Source of the DNA: Eledone cirrhosa
Taxonomy: Eukaryota
DNA length: 64,000 nt
Reading direction: 5' to 3'
Assembly: GCA_964016885.1 (NCBI GenBank)
Contig: OZ024742.1
Location: forward strand, 87,792,001-87,856,000
Below, in pieces: positions 54,247-64,000 of the stretch. The translations under genes were made by a program, and so were the position numbers. Numbering within the stretch: the first letter of the stretch is position 1; each line of letters opens with the position of its first letter. A model generated the notes under the pieces. The model searched no databases, was not told the DNA's origin, and saw only the letters and a list, made by a program, of their open reading frames with translations.

Positions 54247-54408
54247 TACACGGAATAGAAAATGCTGACAAATTGTTCACAGTGAAAAATAGTTTAATTA
54301 GGAATAAGTGATAATTAGTAATAGTATTGGTTAGTATTAAGTTTTGGTTTTAAGTTTTACCGGTTGCGCATTTCTAATGCTTTTGAAAAATAATTTTGAG
54401 ATCGAGCG
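54241..54408 (-). repeat. Single-arm copy of the 4294-4634 family, TA-anchored
   Basis: Near-identical to 4299-4466. Confidence 0.85.
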
Positions 54409-54426
54409 TCCGTCATGTTTGCTCTG

Positions 54427-54458
<32 letters not shown>

Positions 54459-55986
54459 GTTTTTATGGAGCGAGAGTCTCCTCGTGTTCATTAAACCTTC
54501 TATCTATAAGAGGGTCACCTCTTATTTTTGGAAGATCTTGTTTTTGGAAACATGCATTCGTTGTTTAGAGAGAGGAATTGAACCCATGCAAAGCCTTTCC
54601 TCACTCAAGAAAAGCTTCAAGCATATGCGACATTTTCTACGATGCCTAGTATTGCTTGCCATCGGAGAAGTAAAAAGCCACGTCTGTGATGTTCATGCTT
54701 AAGTTTCAATCGATGGGATTACTCGAAATCAAGTTGCAGCCATCATCAGCATCTTTATCATGTATGTATGTATGTATATATATATATATGTATATATACC
54801 TGTGGGTGTGCACATATGTGCCGTGTACATTCGTTGGAATCTGACTCAACACTAAACTAGAATTTAATACTCTATTTATGAATTGATGATTTAAAAACTC
54901 GAAATGATAGGATACATTATGTATATACGTTTTTAGGAGCTAATATTTTAATATGGCCCCTAGGTAAATTATTTTACACAGTAAAATAAAAGCATTAAAA
55001 AGCATATGGAAACGGTTATAACTAAACATAAAAGTATTTGAGCTTGGGATATGTGTATATCTTTTTGTTAAACTTGATAGTAGCAAATCCAATAATTGAA
55101 TTTCTTTTCTCCATATTTAATACACAATTACAAATATTCAGTGACATAATTCTTTCATGGCTTGTCATGGATGATAATGACCATTACACCACAAATAATT
55201 CACTTTTCATGATATTTATTTCATGCATTTTGATCTATGTAAGTAAATCATTGTCTTTATATGTAGTTTAAGGAATTATTTTGTGTGATGGAAATAATGT
55301 GCCAAATAAAATTGCTTTCATCAAATTTATGATAATCAAAACGTTAGAAATATTCAATATAACTGGGCATATTTAAATGCGGATATTAAGTTATGTAATA
55401 TATTTCACTTCGATTAGTATTTTATTCCAGTGATGCAGTTTCTGAAATAAAAAATAAATAATCTTAGAAATCGTTTTAATGTTTTCAAAATATGGAAATA
55501 TTGAACTTATTAAATATGTTATCTCTATATTTAAATACAGTGGATTACATATAAAAACACACATATAACTAAATGTGTATAAGCATACATAGGCTGTAGA
55601 AAATGTTAATGTGTACTTGCTTTTCTGTATGCATGTATTCTTCCGTGTCTGCATACATGTATGTTTACTGAGATTACAAGTGATATCAAGTTTCGTAAAT
55701 TGAATTTAAATGAGACGGTGCGAATGTTATTTGCATATGAAATTAGTGTGTGCCCTTAGTTACAGTCAGATTTAATAATGACTCTCTATCTTCAAAAGCG
55801 TCTGCTCACATTTAAGAAAAAAATATTCTTATCTTATATAATTATATTTTAAGTTAACAGCAATTTTGGTGCTATGGAATATGAGAAAAGTAACTATAAT
55901 ATTCACACTCTTATATATATATATGGGGGGAGGGGTACCACGGGTTCTCTCCTTCGAAAGAAACAGTTCTAGTTCTGTAGAAGACA

Positions 55987-56064
<78 letters not shown>

Positions 56065-56249
56065 TAACAGATTTAAGTTTAAGCAAAAATCGCTGCTTTC
56101 ACCCTTAACGGGATCTTCTGAAACTAACAAAAATCAATCTGTAAACGCAGAAGTGGATATTTAAAAAAACGTTGCAACCGGAGGAAGACAGGAAGACGAT
56201 ACTTTGGTTCGTGGAAACGTTCGCTGGCAAAGAACGGGAAAAAAAGAAT

Positions 56250-56368
56250 ATAATTGTTTATACTTTAGGCACAAGAGCAGCAATTACCCAGTGCATTACT
56301 GGTACTTTATTTTATCGACCCCGTAAGGATGAAAGGCAAATTCAACCTCGGCGGGATTTGAACTCAGA
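56250..56368 (-). mobile_element. SINE (OK-like), 3' two-thirds
   Basis: Reverse complement of B box, body and tail. Confidence 0.85.
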
Positions 56369-57179
56369 TAAAAAACGAATATAATACGTCATTACTGGGA
56401 GCGGTGAAAATCAATTACGCGCAAAGAGAGAACCACGTTTAAGGTATAAAAGAAGTCGTAGACTAATGTTCTCTTAGGTAGTTCATAGAGACGTCCTCTG
56501 GCAATGAACAGAAAAAACGAAGATAATACGTCATATGTGGAGCGTGGAGAACAATTGCAAGCAAAGACAAAACCACGTAAATGTTATAGCTGAAGTCGTA
56601 TATTAAATTCTAACTAGGAAACCGAATGAATCTCCGCTTCAGAGTTAAGAATAAAGTAAATAAATACAATACAGAGGTAATAGAAATTAAATAAATGCAT
56701 ACACCATGTAAATACGTACATACACAAGCATACGCAAAACACTTGCCATAGGTATACAAAATCACGCACATATAAATATGTGTGTGTGTGTGAGTGTGCG
56801 TGTATACAAATAAATAAATAATTAAATAAACGTATATAAATAAATAAATACGCATATAACAAGCGCACACACATACCTACATGTAAATACATAAATGTTC
56901 GGAGACGTAAGTCAACCAAAACATGAAGTACACATAAACACACACCCTACATACGTACGAACCTTCATACTCACGCAGACGCAAATCTCCCGTGTATGCA
57001 TAACCAAACCATATGTACCAGAATATATAGAAAATGTATACGCCACAACATAATCAATCAAATATACGTATGAGAAAGTATACGTACCTTCACAAAACAT
57101 AAATATTTGCTCTACGGTTCTTATGTATTTGATATATATTTATCCATATCGAGCCCTCTTTGGATTTTAGTCTTCAAAT

Positions 57180-57210
<31 letters not shown>

Positions 57211-57230
57211 TATATTTATTCGTCCTACAC

Positions 57231-57280
<50 letters not shown>

Positions 57281-57282
<2 letters not shown>

Positions 57283-57412
57283 CGAAGGAAATGTGGTAAG
57301 GAACCATGTGGACCATAAAGCACCAAAGTACTCAATACTTAGGGTAGTAGAGTTGGTAATAGGAACAAGTGAGACCACGACGGCTTGAGCTCAGCCGTCG
57401 GGGTATTACTTG

Positions 57413-57416
<4 letters not shown>
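57281..57416. repeat. Copy of the 5703 repeat joined to a 53-bp hairpin (57363-57415), between (TA)n tracts
   Basis: gaacaagt..acc.cgacggct...agccgtcg.ggt..acttgttc. Confidence 0.7.
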
Positions 57417-57464
<48 letters not shown>

Positions 57465-57469
<5 letters not shown>

Positions 57470-57950
57470 AAAAATGCAATTGGAGTCTTATTTTCAAAAA
57501 AATATTTTCAAAAGTAGAGTTGAGATGGAGGGTCTATGGTTTTTTTTCACATCTGGTTGGTCTTTGAATGTTACTTGTTTTATATGGAGAAAAGTGGCTC
57601 GAAACGCCAGGTTTTAGAGAAGTAATTTGATTGGTTGGTGAATAAGTATAATAAAATTCGCGCCAGTTCGCGTTACAAAGTTCTTCAAAGAAAGGGGGTG
57701 GGAGCTCAGGTTGTTTGTTCATATATGTGTGAAGATTGGTTGGTTGATGCAGTCACGTGAATAAGCACATGAGCTTTCGCGCCAGTTTGTTTGAATTTCT
57801 TTTTACCTAAAAATAAGTGGCTCACGAAGGCTTTTTTTTATAAATGTTATTTGATTGGTTATAAATGAAATTATGTCTGTCACGTGAACAAGTTCATTAA
57901 ATTCGGCCCGTATTTGGGAATTTATTTTGTAGCCTTTTAGAAAATGTTAT
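57465..57950 (-). mobile_element. Longer family G copy (most of the HHR deleted) with motif-rich upstream region
   Basis: aaaatgcaattggagtcttatttt...ttttcaaaagtagagttgagatggagggtc matches 54014-54135 with the central ~35 nt missing; right boundary approximate. Confidence 0.6.
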
Positions 57951-58213
57951 GACAAACAAAAGATAATGATCAAGAGAAATGGGATGGGGGAATTGATCTG
58001 GTTCAGTGAATATGCATAGCTTCCATTCTTGGACTCACCACCTGTCTCCCGGAGGCAATATTTTCGGTGCACCACACTACGATTGCTTATATATATTCTT
58101 TTTTTTAGGGGGGGGGGGGGGATGTGTCTGTGTGTTTGTGTGTGTATTCGCGAATATATATATGTGTGCGGTGAGTATAATTAATACTGTTGTTATAGTC
58201 ATTATTATTGTCA

Positions 58214-58410
58214 AAGGGCGGTGGATTGGCAGTATCGGTAGAGAGTCGGACGCCATGCTTTCCAGCATAGTTACGTCCCTTTACGGTCTGAGTTCAAATC
58301 CAGTACAGGCTAACTTTGCCTTTTATCCTTACGCGGTCGATAAAATAAAGTACTAGTAATGTACTGGGATAATTGCTGGCCTTGTGCCAAAAGTAGAAAC
58401 AGTTATTATT
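58214..58410 (+). mobile_element. SINE (OK-like), full length
   Basis: aagggcggtggattggcagtatcggtag...gagttcaaatcc...ccttgtgccaaaagtagaaacagttattatt. Confidence 0.9.
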
Positions 58411-58639
58411 GTCATTCTTATTATTGTTAAAATAATTTTCATTATTTATTTATTGTCCATTGGGGGCCGAATCATACAGCACAATACATCAAACATGTAG
58501 TGAAGATATCCCCAAAATTTAAAATAAGATAATGTAACAATTAAAAACAAATTATTCGCAATAAACATGTCCAACAGTGGACAAAATTCCCTTATAGGAG
58601 GAGTAAAACCCAGGGTTAAATTGTGTAACCCCACAGCTC

Positions 58640-60000
58640 CTAAACTACCCTAATCACCAAAAGCCTCCTTTGTCTCTAAATCTTCCACCCTACAGGTGTG
58701 GTTCAGAATAAGCTTTATTTACACAACTTCTAACAAGTCTAGGGGTTAGTTCGTTCCTCTCCCTCGTGAATAACCTTTCTGGGTGAAACTTGAATAAAGT
58801 TGACTAGAAATTTGCCGAAGTGGAAAGCGGCTGTCTTCAGTACTTTTAGTCGCGACCACCACAGAACAACTTTGCCGAAAGCCAGCAGTCAGAGGAAAGT
58901 TGTCTACATTTTCCGATAAAAAATTAAGTAGGCTGATGTTCTCGATGGTGTGAGCTGAATATGTAATCGTCCTACACGTGATAATCACTGTTGGACAAAG
59001 TTATACCTCAACAATAACCAGACAGTGGTTATTGCTCACCGGAAGAAATGTCTGGCCAGGAAATCTGAGAAATTGTCCATAATTCCTGGACCGACATCTC
59101 TACGGAACGGATTGTCTAATTAACACACCTTGCAGCGTACTGTATTTTCTAGATATGCGTTGCTTCTGACCGCTGTTATAACATTTAAGAGAAGGTTTTC
59201 CACTGACCACATTACCCAAATAGTCGACGGCTTTGATCAACTCATAACATCTAGATGCCAGACGCTCATTCTTCTTAATCAATTGACCCAGGATTGTAAC
59301 TCAGCCAAAGAGATAAGCTGCGGAATGGCGTGCTTGATTAAAGAGCGACCACACCTGGTGGACATTTAACAATACGTGGAGATGACGAAGTCATAACGCA
59401 TGTTTGTACATCATGTTCCACGATATGCCTTGCCCTCCGCGTTAAATATATTAGCAGTAGATGGACGCTAGAAATGAAAGAGCAACCGCTCCAAACAAGT
59501 GAGGCTCGCGGTAAGGCAAGGCAGTGAAAGACGACGGGCGCAAATATGCGTCCACCACCTGGGCTCGAACATTCTGTAATAACACCCTCTCAGCCCATGT
59601 CTGTGTAAGTGTTACCAGTCTAACTTACTTTGTCCTAATTTTTATCCACCTGAACTTACGGACAAATCTAAACCTTGAGGACCATACATGCAGCAACGGA
59701 CGACTTTGTAAAACATCATGGATTTGCCTCTTCAGGTGCCACTTATTTACCCGGGTAGATTTTTGGTGTCATCAAACTTTGACAATCGTCCAAGAAGTTG
59801 TCGACCACATTGATTTTTAAAGGGTTTGACAACATCACAACGAAGTCCTCCGCATATGATAACACAGCCATTGACGGACTGGCCAGGTATCCAGGTTGCC
59901 CAATGGCAAGTGGGCACCAGAGGGCCCACGGTAACATTGCGGTGACCGACAGTAGCATTGCAGGTCCCACTGTAGTATTTTAGGGGGCAATGCATTGCTT
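58640..60000 (-). mobile_element. L1/Tx1-clade LINE ORF2 3' fragment, decayed
   Basis: Minus strand VLSYAEDFVV (YADD relic)...KIYPGK, GGQGISWNMMYKHAL*LRHL...QVWSL, PQLISLAELQSW, KVVLWWSRLKVLKT. Confidence 0.7.
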
Positions 60001-60143
60001 CAAAAATACATGAAGTCTAACGCTAAGAATAATTTATTTTTAAATAAAAAAAACAAATATATATTTATAAAGAAAAAAAGGTGAAATCGAAAAATGCAAC
60101 TGGATTCTTATTTTTTTTTTAAATATATACATTTATTTGGCTC

Positions 60144-60179
60144 CTTTACCGGTTTCGCAGTTCTTCTGCTTTTCAAAAG
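60144..60179 (-). ncRNA. Minimal type I HHR, U3-A8 variant (family G)
   Basis: Minus strand: CTT-TTGAAAA-GCAG AAGAA CTGC-GAAA-CCGG-TA-AAG, AATAAA 6 nt downstream. Confidence 0.75.
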
Positions 60180-60283
60180 TAGATTTGAGATGGAGGGTCA
60201 GTGGTTTTTCTCATCCTTTTTTCTTTATACTTTCACTCCTGTAGGACACCTCGGTTATATATCATTTTGTAAAAAAACGTCAC

Positions 60284-60314
<31 letters not shown>

Positions 60315-60458
60315 CTTTGCTCCTATTTTCATGGGGATATTCTTATTTTTATATTGTATGTGTATATATATTTATATATATATTCATATATGTGTATAAC
60401 TTTATAACTCCATATACAAATAGTTGAGCTCTTTTTCTTGTCCATTATCCATATCACA

Positions 60459-62891
60459 ATGGAAAAACAATCCTTGGGAACCTCTTTAAAGAATATACCA
60501 TTACCTTCTAAGGATGATTTCTTACTTCTTATGATACAAAAAACCAACCAATTTATCAGAAGAATCAGATGGAGGGCCTACCACTTTGATAAAAAATAAA
60601 ATGTACTGATAGGAAATATTTGTATGATTTCACTACATATAAAAATCCACCACACAACTCCTTACTTGAAAACTTTGAGAAAGACCTTTTTAATTTAATC
60701 AAACACCTCAAATTTAAGAGGTATAAATCTAATTTTCAAAAGGACCTTGATTCTACCCTATTGGACCTAAAAAAATCTTTAAAAATCCATGTCCAGTCGG
60801 ACAAAACTGGAAATCTATATGACTTGGATATTGAAAATTACAATGAGTTCATATATAAAGAACTCAGGAAAAATTATAGAAAAACAAATAATGCGTCACT
60901 TACCAACATCAACAACAAAACACACAGCATAGTGAATAGACTTAATATTGAAGATAGAACTGAACCTTTGGCATTGAAAAGACCACACTTCAACCTGAAA
61001 GATCATAAATATGATTTTAACTCTAATCCTTCTATAAGGCTTATATGCCCTTCCAAATCTGATATTGGAATAATTAGTAAAATTTTTTTAGATAGAGTCA
61101 TCCCACAACTAAGAAAACATGTTAATCTACCACTCTGGGAAAACACATCCTAGGTAATTAACTGGTTTAATAATATTAGAAATAAATCCTCTGCTTCATT
61201 TCTACAATTTGATATAGATAATTATTCTTCTTCTATATCACCTATACTCCTGAACAAAGCCTTGATATTTGCTAAAAATAGATCTAACTTAACTTTGGAT
61301 GACATTAATAGTATTACACATGCTAGACTAACACTATTGGAATTTCAGAGTGAATACTGGACCAGAAACACATATAGTAATCTATTCGATATTACTATGG
61401 GCTCAAGCGATTCTGCCCAAATTACTGATCTTGTGGGCCTCTTTCTTCTTTTTAACATAAATGCTTCTTTTCCCCACCTTAAAGGTGGTTTATATCGTGA
61501 CAACTGTCTTCTTCTTTCCAATAACCTTAGCCTCTCAGAGATAGAAAAAAATAAAAAGCTTATTAGAACTTTCCTCAAAGATTATTATAGTCTAGATATT
61601 ACATTTGAAAACACAAGTAAAGTAGTTAATTTCCTAGATATAACATTAGACTTATCTACGGGTATCTACCAACCTTACCATAAACCCAACCAAAATTTAC
61701 ACTACATACACTCACAATCTAATCACCCTAAATCTATCCTTAAAAACCTTGCATATAATATATCACTTAGAATTTCTAACCTTTCGTCTAACCAAGATGT
61801 ATTTGATAAAAATGCGACCTTTTATAACGAAGCTCTAGCTAGAAGTGGCCACAAAAATAAATTAGTATATATACCTTCTACCAATAACACTACAAACATA
61901 CAACCTAATATTACCAACAAACACCAAATGAAACACACACACCTAAACGCCACTCACACTATACCCCAAAACACCAACATAAAACCAAATTTCTCTAACT
62001 CTTCTCATATACAGTATAGTAACTCTCATCCTACAACTCTAATAAATGTTAATAATAAAACTCCTAATAAACAAGCTAAAACACCTAAATCTAACTAAAA
62101 ATGTGTGTGGTGAGGTCATTAACAATAATTATCTTAATAAACATCAGGATGCATCCTATAAAAACAATAAACAATATCGAAACCGTAATAGACGAGTTAC
62201 TTGGTACAATGCTCCATTTAATTTACAAATTAAGGATAATATACCTAAAAATTGATTTAATATCCTAGAGAAAAACTTCCCGCCAAACCACAAAAACCAT
62301 CAAATCTTAAATAGATCAACGGTTGAATTCTCCTACTCAACAACCAAAAACATAAAACAAAATATAAGTGCCTATAATGCATATAAATGTAAAAAAACCA
62401 TGAGTATACCACCAGTACATCAAACTAACCATAATATCTCCTCAGATACAGGATTCACGAAAAGTTGTAACTGTAGAAACAAGGCAAACTGTCCACTAAA
62501 AGGAAATTGCCTTGTTAATAACATAGTATATAAATGTAAAGTTAACACTAAGGACTCAATTTATTCATATATAGGAGCTACCTCTAACAAATTTAAGGTA
62601 CGATTTAATACCCACAAACATAGTTTTAAAAATGCCGCACTAGCTAATACAACATCTCTAGCTGAAATAATAAATAGTTATAGAAAGAGGAATATAGAAT
62701 ATGACCTGACCTGGAGTGTGCTCAAAAGGGCCACTCCTTATCAAAATAGTATAAATGAATGTAGATTATGTTCCCAAGAACTTTTTGAAATAATGAAACC
62801 TAAGGATATCCTATTAAATAAGCGACAGGAATTAATAATATCGTGTAATCATAAACTGAGAAAAACTTTTAAATATTATAAACCTAATTAA
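60459..62891 (+). pseudogene. Full-length Hydra-type PLE polyprotein (RT plus GIY-YIG), inactivated
   Basis: MEKQSLGTSLKNIPLPS...FIRRIRWRAYHF, SDKTGNLY, LKDHK...IRLICPSKSDIG, FDI, FDITMGSSDSAQITDLVG, GLYRDN (YRDD with D to N), NFLDITL, SNHP, CNCRNKANCPLKGNC, YIG...FKVRFNTHKHSF, CRLC; frameshift near 60595 and stop at 61151. Confidence 0.92.
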
Positions 62892-63096
62892 TATACACTT
62901 TAGAAATTAATTCATAAATTATTTTTAATTTAGTTAATCTATAATTAATATTCTACTACTGATGAACTACATAATTCTGCTTTAAAAATTATAAACCTAA
63001 TTAATATATACTTTTGAAATTAATATATAAACTATTTTTAATTTAGTTAACATTTAATTAATATTCTACTACTGATGAACTACATAATTTTGCTTT
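62876..63096 (+). repeat. 113-bp tandem duplication spanning the PLE stop codon
   Basis: ttataaacctaattaatata...ctactgatgaactacataatt.tgcttt at 62876 and 62989. Confidence 0.85.
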
Positions 63097-63317
63097 CCTT
63101 CTTACAAATATCATTTCCTAAAACTGATACCATTAAGTAAACATATATAATGCTTTAACTTCAGGTTATGACTCTATGTTCCTTGAAAACTATATATATT
63201 TACTATTTCTCACTAATAAATTTAACCCCCCCCCCCCAATAATTATATGTATATATAAGTGTATATGTGTGTGTATATGTATGTGTATGTATATATATAT
63301 ATATGCATGTATATATC

Positions 63318-63373
<56 letters not shown>

Positions 63374-63458
63374 TATATATGTATATGTGTATATATATAT
63401 ATGTGTGTATGTGTGTGTGTGTATGTGTATATATATGTATATATATGTATATATATAA

Positions 63459-63540
<82 letters not shown>

Positions 63541-64000
63541 ATGTGTATATATATGTATATATATATATGTATAAGTATATATATATATATATTATTTTTA
63601 TATTCTTATAATTTCCCCTCATCTTTAACAGCACTTTTCAACTGCATCTAACTCTTATTTATCATATCTATATGTATTAGTATAAATTTATCAATATAAA
63701 TATACCCATCAATTAAATTAATTTATATTCTTTTCATAGATGTATTTTTTTCACTAACATTCTTATCTTTATACTTTAGTCAACTTAGACATTTGTATTG
63801 GCATTACTATGTTATAACAGCAACTGCTTGTATACCTTTTAGAGACCACCTGACATATTTTCACCCCTAAAATAACCTTCAATTACTACTATTTTACCAT
63901 TTGGCCAATTATTAACTTTCTATTGGTTAATTCTAAACCTCTTACCAAACAGACAGAATATATTAGATCTTTGTTGGTTTTAGTCAATGAAAAAATAAAA

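Noticed and set aside
62955-63095. Two CTGATGA motifs downstream of the PLE ORF
   Set aside because: No stem II/GAAA partner; the two occurrences come from a 113-bp duplication

Overview
Repeat-saturated, AT-rich animal genomic DNA. It is most likely from an octopod cephalopod, judged from nine copies of a tRNA-derived SINE resembling the octopus OK family and from the dense (TA)n/(TG)n/(TC)n tracts. No host protein-coding exon could be identified, and nearly all ORFs in the supplied track are microsatellite read-through artefacts. Recognisable content: several Penelope-like retroelements (PLEs; RT plus C-terminal GIY-YIG, both Hydra-type CxCx5Cx5C and Neptune/Nematis-type), a complete but decayed CsRn1/Kabuki-type Gypsy LTR element (30423-36507, 4-bp TSD), a non-autonomous Helitron, and relics of piggyBac, Tigger/pogo, RTE, CR1-group and L1/Tx1 elements. 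The main non-obvious signal is RNA structure. About 20 type I hammerhead ribozyme (HHR) motifs can be folded by eye, nearly all in elements whose 3' ends are fused to (TA)n. Three unrelated non-coding families (about 593, 541 and 697 nt units) each carry one HHR per unit, occur as partial head-to-tail multimers, and end at an internal TA-like motif. They look like large, microsatellite-targeted retrozymes (putative circular RNAs mobilised by PLE proteins). Several families carry non-canonical cores (U3-A8 covariation, GCAA for GAAA, or a fully replaced CUGANGA). All folds, alignments and clade calls were made by eye, and novelty could not be checked against databases.
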